Assembly (NCBI GenBank): GCA_016432445.1
Contig: CP066689.1
Coordinates: forward strand, 480,001-512,000
Source of the DNA: Candidatus Saccharimonadota bacterium
GTDB lineage: Bacteria > Patescibacteriota > Microgenomatia > UBA1406 > GWC2-37-13
Length of the DNA stretch: 32,000 nucleotides
Reading direction: 5' to 3'
The number at the start of each line of letters is the position of its first letter. The stretch's first letter is position 1. A model generated the notes under the pieces. The model was not told where the DNA came from. It made no database searches and saw nothing but the letters and a program-made list of their open reading frames with translations. Positions 15,474 through 23,926 of the stretch are shown piece by piece. Made by a program: the position numbers and the translations under genes.

Positions 15474-17918
15474 ATGGCATTTGTAGTTGGAGCTTCAAAT
15501 CAATCTATATACCCCTTAATAGCCGTTAGAGACGGAATAGTTTTTCCTTACGCAGAAAATGTTTTAGTCTTTGGCAGACAAAAAAGCACTGATGCAATAA
15601 ATGAGGCTTTGAAACGTGAAAAAAAAGCTGTCTTAGTCATGCAAAAAAACTCAAATTTAGATGATCCCAAAATAACTGATCTTTATGATATTGGTGTTGT
15701 TGTTAGTATTGAAAAGACAGTTCTTGGGGAAAAAGGTGAAATTAACGCTTTGGTTAAAGGGGTAGAGAAGATAAGAATTGTTGAATACACAAAAGAGCAT
15801 CCTTATTTTGAAGCTAAAGTTGAGAAAATTGAGGATGAACTTATTGATAACGAAGAAATACAAGCCATGGTTAAACATATATCTTTACAAGTAAAGAAGG
15901 CCATTAATTTTGGAAAAACTGTTGATTTTGTTTTCTTGATGAATATTCTTAATGTAACCTCGCCTTTAAACTTTTCTTACCAGGTGGCTATGGTTCTTGA
16001 TCTTAAGTCAGATGAAAAACAGAGATTACTTGAGGAAATCAGTCTTAAAAAAAGATTAGTTGATGAAGTTGAGTATGTAAATCGCGAGATTAAAATTCTT
16101 GAGATTGAACAGAATATATCCAATAAGACACAGCAAAAATTTGAAAAAGGAATGAGAGAAACATTCTTGAGAGAGAAAATGAAGACGATAGAGGAAGAGT
16201 TAGGCGGAAAGGGTGGTGAGGATCGGGAAATTGAGGAATATCACGATAAAATAAAAAAAGCCAAAATGCCAAAGACAGTTGAGGTAAAAGCTTTCAAAGA
16301 ACTAAAAAGATTATCACAGATGTCTCAGTTTAACCCGGAATCATCTTACATACGTACTTATCTTGATTGGTTAATTGAGATTCCATGGACAAGTAAACTT
16401 GATCATGATGTTAATATTGCCCAAGCAGAGAAGATATTAAATGAAGATCATTATGGGTTAAAGAAAATTAAAGAAAGAATTCTTGAGTACTTAGCGGTGA
16501 TAAAACTTCGTAAATCTAAAGAGGAAGAAGAAAATTTAACCAAAAAAGATGGTGATAAAAAAGAACATCCTCCAACGATTTTATGTTTTGTTGGACCTCC
16601 GGGAGTTGGTAAAACTTCACTTGGAAAATCAATTGCCCGTTCTTTAGGCCGCAAATTTGTAAAAATATCTTTAGGCGGAATTCGCGATGAAGCTGAAATA
16701 AGAGGTCATAGACGTACCTATGTCGGCGCTTTGCCTGGCCGCATGATTCAGGGTATAAAACAAGCAGGTACAAAAAATCCTGTATTTATGCTTGATGAGA
16801 TAGATAAGCTGGGACATGATTATCGAGGCGATCCGTCGGCAGCGCTTTTGGAAGCCCTTGATCCTGAACAAAATCATTCTTTCTCAGATCATTATCTTGA
16901 GGTTTCTTATGATTTATCGGATGTATTTTTTATCACCACAGCTAACATACTGGACACGATTCCTGAAGCTTTGCTTGATCGTTTGGAGGTAATTCATTTT
17001 CCAGGATACACAGAGGATGAAAAATTCAATATTGCTAAAGGATATCTTATAAAAAAACAGATTGAAGCACACAGTTTAGAATCTAATAAGATTGGGGTTA
17101 CCGATAGTGCTTTGCGTACTATTATTCGTCGCTACTCAAGGGAAGCTGGAGTAAGAGAACTCGAACGACAGATTGCTACAATCTGCAGAAAACTAGCTCG
17201 ACAAATAGTTGAAAACAAAATTAAATATAAAACGGTCGGTTTAGGTGATCTTCATAAACTTATTGGTCCTTACAAATACTCATCTTCGATGATTGAAGAA
17301 AAGGATACTGTTGGTATTTCTACTGGTTTGGCTTGGACTCAGGCCGGAGGTGACATATTGTTTATTGAGGTAGCCGTTATGCCTGGAAAAGGTCATCTTA
17401 ACTTGACGGGTCATTTAGGAGAGGTGATGAAAGAATCATGTCAAGCCGCCTTATCATACATCCGTTCTCGTTGGAGCATGTTTGGTTTATCTAAGGACTT
17501 CTTTAATAAGGTAGATATTCATGTCCACGTGCCTGAAGGCGCGGTACCAAAAGATGGGCCATCAGCTGGAATTGCAATAACGACAGCGATGGTTTCTGCC
17601 TTAACCAAAATTCCTGTCAAAAGAGATGTGGGTATGACCGGCGAGATAACATTAAGAGGAAGAGTGCTTGAGATAGGTGGAATCAAAGAAAAAGTTATTG
17701 CGGCCCACCGTGCTGAGATAAAAACTGTAATCATGCCTAAGGAAAATAAAAAAGATCTGGATGATATTCCATCATATGTACTTAAAGGTCTGAATTTTGT
17801 TTATGTTGATCACATGGATGAAGTGCTAAAAATATCTTTGGTTTTTCCAGAGAAAAAGAAACATCATTTATCATTTGCTCCAAAAAACTACGCAGTTTTA
17901 GATGAGGGGACGAATTAA
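15474..17918 (+). CDS. lon: ATP-dependent Lon protease (LonA)
   Basis: The N-domain is [14 protein letters not shown], Walker A is GPPGVGKTS, Walker B is FMLDEIDK and the catalytic Ser is in KDGPSAGIA. The start is moved from the track's TTG 15435 (the -35 box) to ATG 15474. Confidence 0.95.
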   Translation: MAFVVGASNQSIYPLIAVRDGIVFPYAENVLVFGRQKSTDAINEALKREKKAVLVMQKNSNLDDPKITDLYDIGVVVSIEKTVLGEKGEINALVKGVEKIRIVEYTKEHPYFEAKVEKIEDELIDNEEIQAMVKHISLQVKKAINFGKTVDFVFLMNILNVTSPLNFSYQVAMVLDLKSDEKQRLLEEISLKKRLVDEVEYVNREIKILEIEQNISNKTQQKFEKGMRETFLREKMKTIEEELGGKGGEDREIEEYHDKIKKAKMPKTVEVKAFKELKRLSQMSQFNPESSYIRTYLDWLIEIPWTSKLDHDVNIAQAEKILNEDHYGLKKIKERILEYLAVIKLRKSKEEEENLTKKDGDKKEHPPTILCFVGPPGVGKTSLGKSIARSLGRKFVKISLGGIRDEAEIRGHRRTYVGALPGRMIQGIKQAGTKNPVFMLDEIDKLGHDYRGDPSAALLEALDPEQNHSFSDHYLEVSYDLSDVFFITTANILDTIPEALLDRLEVIHFPGYTEDEKFNIAKGYLIKKQIEAHSLESNKIGVTDSALRTIIRRYSREAGVRELERQIATICRKLARQIVENKIKYKTVGLGDLHKLIGPYKYSSSMIEEKDTVGISTGLAWTQAGGDILFIEVAVMPGKGHLNLTGHLGEVMKESCQAALSYIRSRWSMFGLSKDFFNKVDIHVHVPEGAVPKDGPSAGIAITTAMVSALTKIPVKRDVGMTGEITLRGRVLEIGGIKEKVIAAHRAEIKTVIMPKENKKDLDDIPSYVLKGLNFVYVDHMDEVLKISLVFPEKKKHHLSFAPKNYAVLDEGTN

Positions 17919-18946
17919 ATTCTTCTTTTTATCTGCAGGAATATATTTCTTAGTTTATTGAGTACGTTATAGAGCCTATAAAGTTTATTGTTTATCACTA
18001 GGTCAAAAGTGCCCATCATTTGTATATAGTCTCCTCCATAGCCTTCTTTAAACTTAGTGAATCCAACATAATCATCATTTCCCTGGTAATTAGGTGCTAA
18101 TGAACCCCACATATCAAAATTTTCGGCTCCTAGTTTTTTTCCTAGTTTGATAGCTTCCCACATCAAAAGATTAGCTCCCATTAAATTACGGTGCTTTAAA
18201 GATGAACCGCCGTAAGCATAGTAAAGAGTTTTGTTGAAATAAAAAAGTTCGTAAGCGGCAAGAGGAGTATTTTCATAATAGGCAATTAAAATATGGGAAA
18301 GATCATTTTTAAGAGTTTCCCAAACTGTTTTATGATAATCAGGATTGTGTCCAAAATATCCTTGACGGCGGCAGGTATCGAAGTAAAGTTTACTGAAAAT
18401 TTCAAAGCCTTGATCTGTAGATTCTTCTTTGACCATGACGCCTTTTTTTTCAGCTAGTCTTATATTGTATCTAGTTTTTTGTTTCATTTTGGCCAGAAGT
18501 TCCTCCTCTGTTTGTTTCAAATCAAGTAAGATTGTCCATTCTGTGAAGAGAGGTTGAGGGGATTTTATTATCGTTGATCTTAGATCTAAGATCTTAGATC
18601 TTTGAGCAATTGTTTCATTAGGTTCGAGTTTTATGAATATAACATTATTTTTTTTGCCAAGATCGGTTAAAAAATCCACAACTTCTTGTGAAGGAAAATT
18701 GGATTTTGGTAGATATCCTACTTTATAGGACGTGTATGGGATTTTGTGTAGGGTTAATTGATAAACGTTTTGTAGGGACAGGTCGCGACCTGTCCTTACA
18801 TCATTATTTTCAAATTCACCAATCCTAACAACCTTAATGCCCATTTTTTTCCTGGCTTCGCCCCACTGCCAAGATTGCAAAGGATGAGGGGCTTTTTGGT
18901 TATACAATTCCTGATCAAAATCAGATCCAATTATCTTAACGTCCAT
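17915..18946 (-). CDS. FemAB/FemX-family peptidoglycan aminoacyltransferase
   Basis: Blocks typical of the FemAB family are present: [23 protein letters not shown] and FDMWG. The start is placed at ATG 18946. The track start at 19012 would overlap the upstream GT4 gene. Confidence 0.8.
   Translation of the reverse strand: MDVKIIGSDFDQELYNQKAPHPLQSWQWGEARKKMGIKVVRIGEFENNDVRTGRDLSLQNVYQLTLHKIPYTSYKVGYLPKSNFPSQEVVDFLTDLGKKNNVIFIKLEPNETIAQRSKILDLRSTIIKSPQPLFTEWTILLDLKQTEEELLAKMKQKTRYNIRLAEKKGVMVKEESTDQGFEIFSKLYFDTCRRQGYFGHNPDYHKTVWETLKNDLSHILIAYYENTPLAAYELFYFNKTLYYAYGGSSLKHRNLMGANLLMWEAIKLGKKLGAENFDMWGSLAPNYQGNDDYVGFTKFKEGYGGDYIQMMGTFDLVINNKLYRLYNVLNKLRNIFLQIKRRI
18576..18605. repeat. AGATCT-based 7-nt-phased palindrome inside the FemX-like CDS
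   Basis: The sequence is gatcttagatctaagatcttagatctttga. The 20-nt perfect palindrome agatctaagatcttagatct is at 18582-18601. Positions 18582-18605 are identical to intergenic 29453-29476. It encodes RSKILDLRS. Confidence 0.85.
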
Positions 18947-18952
18947 ATACAG

Positions 18953-18958
18953 ATTATA
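18953..18958 (-). promoter_or_regulatory. -10 box (TATAAT) 6 nt upstream of the FemX-like ATG
   Basis: The minus strand reads aaggTATAATctgtatATG. It lies in the 14-nt gap after the GT4 stop. No clear -35 is present. Confidence 0.45.
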
Positions 18959-18960
18959 CC

Positions 18961-20064
18961 TTATGAAGTTTGCTTTATTATTTCCAGAGTTTCTTGGGCG
19001 CACTTTTCCCACGAGAAAAGCTTGACTCGTTCAAGACCTTTTTTGATCAGGTCTTTTCGAGTATTTTCATCTTTTAAAGCCATAATCTCATCAACTAAAT
19101 CGTTCACATCATCAGGAGTAAGATAAAGGGCGGCTTCTCCGCCAATCTCGGGAAGACTTGAGGAGAAAGAAGTAATAACCGGACAAGAGTAGGACATGGC
19201 CTCTAAAATAGGTATGCCAAAGCCTTCATAAAGCGAAGGAAGAACAAAACAAAAGGCTTGAGAATATAAGGCCGCCACTTCATCATCTGGCAGATAACCT
19301 GTAAAGATTACTTTATCCTCAAGGCCAAGGTTTTTAACTTGATTAAAAATTTCATTATAAAGCCAGCCTTTTTTTCCGACCAGAACTAATTTCCAGCCTT
19401 TTTCAGTTTCTGAAACTTTTTTAAATCCTTCAATAAGAACTTCTAAGTTCTTTCTCGGTTGGAGAGTTCCAACATAAAGTATGTAGTTCGTGGTTCGTAG
19501 TTCGTAGCGAGATAATATTTTTTTTACTAAAGATTGAGAAGGAGAAGTTTTGGCTTTGAAGCCGTTGTAGACGACATCGATTTTTTCATCAGGCGTTTGA
19601 TAAAACTTAACAATATCTTTTTTAGTGTTTTTAGAAACGGCAATAATTTTTTTAGATTTTTCAACAGCTAGTTTTGTCCAATTTTCAAGTTTATACAAAT
19701 CTTTTTTTAAAAATTCTTGAGGATAGTAAAAATAAGAAAGATCATGGATGGTTACAACAATAGGAACAGGGCAGAAGCGGGGAGTGTAGTGAGCTGGCGA
19801 AAAGAAGACGTCAATTTCTTTTTTTAAATATAGATTTAAAGGCAAAAATATTTGCGACCAAAGGAACTTTCCCGGTACAATTATGTATTTAAAATGTTCT
19901 GATTGTTTAGGCAGAAAATCTTTTGGCTCATCTCTCAAATAGATGCGAAACTGTAATTCTTCTTTTGCTTCTTTGGAAAAATATTCAAGCAGGGATAAAG
20001 TATAGACTGATACTCCAACCTGTTCATTCACATTTGCTTCATTGCCGTCAATGCCTATGATCAT
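18961..20064 (-). CDS. GT4-family (GT-B fold) glycosyltransferase
   Basis: Present are ILYVGTLQPRKN and the C-terminal E-x7-E region PSLYEGFGIPILEAM. Confidence 0.85.
   Translation of the reverse strand: MIIGIDGNEANVNEQVGVSVYTLSLLEYFSKEAKEELQFRIYLRDEPKDFLPKQSEHFKYIIVPGKFLWSQIFLPLNLYLKKEIDVFFSPAHYTPRFCPVPIVVTIHDLSYFYYPQEFLKKDLYKLENWTKLAVEKSKKIIAVSKNTKKDIVKFYQTPDEKIDVVYNGFKAKTSPSQSLVKKILSRYELRTTNYILYVGTLQPRKNLEVLIEGFKKVSETEKGWKLVLVGKKGWLYNEIFNQVKNLGLEDKVIFTGYLPDDEVAALYSQAFCFVLPSLYEGFGIPILEAMSYSCPVITSFSSSLPEIGGEAALYLTPDDVNDLVDEIMALKDENTRKDLIKKGLERVKLFSWEKCAQETLEIIKQTS
19485..19505. repeat. Three tandem heptamers (agttcgt ggttcgt agttcgt) in frame inside the GT4 CDS
   Basis: The 21 nt equal 7 codons and encode ELRTTNY on the minus strand. 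The same gttcgtN heptamer is repeated in the intergenic region at 29297-29326. Confidence 0.75.
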
Positions 20065-20152
20065 ATTTTATTATTTCGCTCGATATTCGTTTTTCGTGCG
20101 CTTCACCCCTCGGGAGAACCCAAGCGACTACTCAAAACGAATATCTTCGCTT
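20065..20152. repeat. Nested inverted repeat filling the GT4-GT4 spacer
   Basis: The perfect 12-bp arms are gatattcgtttt (20082-20093) and aaaacgaatatc (20134-20145). They enclose an inner cgctt/aagcg stem and a GC-rich cccctcggg segment. Confidence 0.7.
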
Positions 20153-21247
20153 TTAGGTATTGATAACTTCTAAAAGTTTTTCTGTAAATTTTTCAGGTGA
20201 AAATTTTTTTGCCCGTTCTAAACCTCTTTCTTTCATTTTATCTCTTAACTCTTCATTATCATGATACTGCAAAATTGATTTAGCAATATCTTCAACTGAA
20301 TTAGGATTAAACAAAAGTCCATTGTCTTGAGTAATCTCAGCCAATGATGAATTATTAGATACGGCTACTGGACAGCTTAAACTCATGGCCTCAACCACAG
20401 GATATCCAAAGCCTTCGTAAAGAGATGGATAAATAAAAAACTCTGCAAGTGAGTAAAGAGCATAAAGATCTTTATCAGGTACAAAACCTAAGAACTTTAC
20501 ATTATCACTTATTTTAAAATCATTATCCCCCCAGCCTTTAGCTCCGGCAATAATCAAATCAGTATTGTTAATTCCTGTCTTTTGAAAAGCTTCTACAAGT
20601 TTAGCAATATTTTTTCTTGGTTCCAGTTTCCCAACAGTTAAAATAAAGGGATGAACTAATTTGTATTTTTTTTTCACTCGCTCGAGATCTTCACTGCTTG
20701 GCTTTTTTACCTCCACTGCTGGATAAATCACCTTTAATTTTTGAGAATTAATCTTTAATATTTTTTCAACGTCTTTTTTTGTTGCTTCAGAATCGCACAT
20801 TATTAATTCCGACTCTTTTTTTACCCAGTTTAATCTTCTTTTTTGCGTTTTAACAATTGAAGGCGAGGAAGTTTCTGGGAATTTATAAATGACTAAATCA
20901 TGAATGGTTGTTATTTTTTTTGCAGTTATTGATGGGGGTTCAAGCCAGTCTGAGGTAATAAGAATATCAACTTTTCCTATAAACCATTCAATAGGCGCAA
21001 TGTGTAAATTATTCCAAAGGATATTAAGAATAGTAGGTGGCAGGTAAAATCTTTTTAAGACAACATTTTGTCTTTCATTGATCATTTTTTTAAGATCATC
21101 AAGAATGTCTCCTCTTAGCGAAGAAAAAAATAAAACGTATTCATTGTTAGAATCGTATTTTAAAAGGAAGCTGATAAGTGTATGAGTATACCTGGCAACT
21201 CCGCTGCCTGGGTAAGCTGTCTGACTAATATCAATGCCTATTTTCAT
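20153..21247 (-). CDS. GT4-family glycosyltransferase
   Basis: Present are FILTVGKLEPRKN and PSLYEGFGYPVVEAM. Confidence 0.85.
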   Translation of the reverse strand: MKIGIDISQTAYPGSGVARYTHTLISFLLKYDSNNEYVLFFSSLRGDILDDLKKMINERQNVVLKRFYLPPTILNILWNNLHIAPIEWFIGKVDILITSDWLEPPSITAKKITTIHDLVIYKFPETSSPSIVKTQKRRLNWVKKESELIMCDSEATKKDVEKILKINSQKLKVIYPAVEVKKPSSEDLERVKKKYKLVHPFILTVGKLEPRKNIAKLVEAFQKTGINNTDLIIAGAKGWGDNDFKISDNVKFLGFVPDKDLYALYSLAEFFIYPSLYEGFGYPVVEAMSLSCPVAVSNNSSLAEITQDNGLLFNPNSVEDIAKSILQYHDNEELRDKMKERGLERAKKFSPEKFTEKLLEVINT

Positions 21248-22445
21248 GAGAGTTAATTATATTTTTATACACAATCTCCAGCTGTTTTGAGATTGATTCC
21301 CAAGAGAATTCACTTTTAGCTAATTGGTAGGAATTCTTTCTTAAAGTATCATAAAGGTTTTTATCCTTAAGAACAACCTCGGTTTGTCGTACAAATTCTT
21401 CAGTTGTTTTGGCAATTAAGACATGTTTTTTATCTTCAGTTTTTAAACCTTCAACTCCAATTTTGGTTGCAATTACCGGTAGACCTGATGCCATAGCGGC
21501 TAGTATTTTAAGACGTGTTCCGCCTGGTCCAAATATTGGAGCTATAAATAAAGTGGCCTCATGGTAAAGCTTTTTAACAAGATTACTATCATTTTGGGGA
21601 ATATCTATAATCTTAATGCCGCCATTGCCGTTATATTTAATTTTATCTAAAGCATTTTGTCCGGCAATTATGAGCAGAACATCCTTAATTTTATCCTTAA
21701 TACGTGGGAAAAGTCTATTTATAAGATAAGAAGCCGCTTCAACATTTTGAAGCCAGTAAAAATTTCCAACGAATAATATACTAGGCTTTTCCAGATTTTT
21801 TTTTACCAAAGAGTCCACAAACATTTCATCTCCAGCTCCATTCGGAATAATCACTGGGTTAATATTTAAAACGCGGCGTTTGATCATTAATTTATCTTGT
21901 TGCGAAACTGAACTTACTAAAGTGGCTTTTTTCCAGTAATAAGTTTCCCAGAATTTAAGTTTTAAAATATCTAAGAAAAAAAAAGCACGGATGAAAATGG
22001 GCATAGTTGATACGAAATGCTGATATACCTGGTATTCGATAGTTTGTTCGACAAGTAATATCGGAATTTTAGTTTCGGGGATATGAGGCATAATATAAAA
22101 TGTTTCGGCGTGAATGACATCAAAATTTTCCTTTTCTAAAAGTTCTTTAATTTCTTTTTTTGCCTCAGATGAGTAATTCCTGACAATAAGAAAAGGTAAG
22201 AGTGAAAAAATGGACTTTAGGATATTGCCTATCTGCCAAGGCTTTTCAGCCCGTTTGCATAAATAAATTTTTTTGCAGAATGATTTTAAGTAGGAAGCAT
22301 CTTTTTTAGTATTTTTATTTTTATATAAAGAAATTAAGGTAATCTCATTATTCCGGCTTAAATATTTTAAGAGATTGTAGGTTCTTATTTGACCTCCTGA
22401 AGCTGGAGGATAAGGAAGATAAGGAGTCAGCATGAGTATTTTCAT
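21231..22445 (-). CDS. GT4-family glycosyltransferase
   Basis: The N-terminus is YPPASGGQIRTYN. ILFVGNFYW and a C-terminal GT-B region (GPGGTRLKILAAMASGLPV) follow. It overlaps both neighbours, indicating translational coupling. Confidence 0.8.
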   Translation of the reverse strand: MKILMLTPYLPYPPASGGQIRTYNLLKYLSRNNEITLISLYKNKNTKKDASYLKSFCKKIYLCKRAEKPWQIGNILKSIFSLLPFLIVRNYSSEAKKEIKELLEKENFDVIHAETFYIMPHIPETKIPILLVEQTIEYQVYQHFVSTMPIFIRAFFFLDILKLKFWETYYWKKATLVSSVSQQDKLMIKRRVLNINPVIIPNGAGDEMFVDSLVKKNLEKPSILFVGNFYWLQNVEAASYLINRLFPRIKDKIKDVLLIIAGQNALDKIKYNGNGGIKIIDIPQNDSNLVKKLYHEATLFIAPIFGPGGTRLKILAAMASGLPVIATKIGVEGLKTEDKKHVLIAKTTEEFVRQTEVVLKDKNLYDTLRKNSYQLAKSEFSWESISKQLEIVYKNIINSHENRH

Positions 22446-23908
22446 AGTTTAAACAAAGTAAATTTATCATTTTCAAAAGCAACTTTAAACTGAGTCTCTT
22501 TTTTTATTTGTTCTATAACATCTCCTTTCGCAGTATAAAAATACGTATAACCTTTTTTCTTAAGTTCATCTAAACCCTGATATACTGCTGGTGCTCCTTT
22601 TCTATCAGATAAATAAAGCAAAGTAGTGTCTCCTAAAGTATCAGTGACGATTTTGTCGTTTTTAGTGGTTAATGTATTAATTATTTTGGCAATTTGAGGA
22701 AGTTCCTTTGGATAGTTATAATAATCCTTGACTTTATAGTAGGAGAAATAAAAAGAAAAAATAAAAATAAAAAAGATGAGAATATAGGATATGATTGGAT
22801 TAAATAAAGATTTATTATCAATTAAGGTTTTAGCTCCGGCTCCTGCAAACAAGGCAAGAGTGGGGAGAGTAAAAACCTGATAATACTCATGTTGGACATT
22901 TCCTCCTTGAAAAGTAAAAAGATAAGCAGATGTAGATATAAGAAAGCTATATAAAAACCAGGTTTTTTGTTTTTTTACAATACCTAGAATGACCAAAAAA
23001 ACTGCAAATCCGCCTAAAATAAGGTTATTAATTCTTTCAAAAAAAATCCATCTGAAAAAAGCCGGTTTAAAGAAAATATTTTGAAGTCCTTGATAAGTAT
23101 TTACGCTGGTTATAAGCCAGTCGCTAGCTGGTACTCCTTCAGGGTAAAAAGAAATATAATAGCGCCAAAGGACTAGAGGAATAAAGCTTAATAAAAAGTA
23201 AATATAGAAATGGATTTTCGTAATAAGCTGGTAAGTGTATTTTTTATAAAATAAATAAATCAAGACAAATGCAAAAAAAACAGCCGGAGGTTTTACTAAT
23301 AGCGATAAAGTAAAAGAGAGCATTGATGCTATAAAAAAAACAGTTCCTGCGAGTTTATTTTTCCGGCTTGTGTAGATATAAAGGAAGAAGATAGAAAGCA
23401 TTGCTAAAGCTAAAGCCGTAGTTTCAGGCAAAATTACTCTCGAGAAAAACACAAAAAAAGGAAAAATTGAGTAGACTAAAGCTCCGATTAAAGCGCCAAC
23501 TCTGCCGACTTCACGCAAAGCCAGATAATAAATAATGGCGATAATTATTAAAGAGAAAATAATATTAGTTAACCGTCCATATTCTTCAATTGAGAACAAG
23601 GGGACATATTTTTTAAAAGCTCCGACAACAGCGTTGTAAATCGGAAATTCTACAAATCTTAAACCTTTAGGATTCTCTATCCCCGATTGAATATTAGATA
23701 AATCATCATAGCGTGGCTGCAGTAGATTAAATCCGTCTCTAGAAAAATTTCTGGCGACAGCGGCAGTATCTGCTTGGCGCCAGGAGTGAAGGTCTGCAAG
23801 AGGTGTATTGAATTTATACAATCTAAACAAAACTGCAACTAAAAGAATAAAGGCAAGTAACAAAAGATCAATTTTATGTGATGATAGTGTTGCTGTATTT
23901 TTTTTCAT
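22442..23908 (-). CDS. GT-C fold membrane glycosyltransferase (ArnT/PMT-like, GT39/GT83 type)
   Basis: It is a polytopic membrane protein. The N-terminal loop DLHSWRQADTAAVARNF matches the conserved first periplasmic loop of ArnT/PMT-like enzymes. A soluble C-terminal domain follows. Confidence 0.7.
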   Translation of the reverse strand: MKKNTATLSSHKIDLLLLAFILLVAVLFRLYKFNTPLADLHSWRQADTAAVARNFSRDGFNLLQPRYDDLSNIQSGIENPKGLRFVEFPIYNAVVGAFKKYVPLFSIEEYGRLTNIIFSLIIIAIIYYLALREVGRVGALIGALVYSIFPFFVFFSRVILPETTALALAMLSIFFLYIYTSRKNKLAGTVFFIASMLSFTLSLLVKPPAVFFAFVLIYLFYKKYTYQLITKIHFYIYFLLSFIPLVLWRYYISFYPEGVPASDWLITSVNTYQGLQNIFFKPAFFRWIFFERINNLILGGFAVFLVILGIVKKQKTWFLYSFLISTSAYLFTFQGGNVQHEYYQVFTLPTLALFAGAGAKTLIDNKSLFNPIISYILIFFIFIFSFYFSYYKVKDYYNYPKELPQIAKIINTLTTKNDKIVTDTLGDTTLLYLSDRKGAPAVYQGLDELKKKGYTYFYTAKGDVIEQIKKETQFKVAFENDKFTLFKL

Positions 23909-23926
23909 ATGTAAAACTTTTATAGC

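Noticed and set aside
2036-17734. Many 60-85-aa ORFs antisense to or nested in clear genes: 2036..2221, 3085..3270, 5727..5927, 8582..8818, 9183..9637, 11336..11521, 12170..12630, 15085..15279, 15657..15878 and 16090..16877, 17519..17734.
   Set aside because: All lie entirely within strongly supported CDSs on the other strand or frame, and their products are low-complexity. Similar ORFs at 18875..19126, 24621..24809 and 28478..28783 are treated the same way.
18947-19012. A 22-codon N-terminal extension of the FemX-like ORF overlaps the upstream GT4 gene by 52 nt.
   Set aside because: FemAB homology starts after the internal ATG at 18946. A TATAAT box sits 6 nt upstream of that ATG. The extension would be translated from within the GT4 coding sequence.
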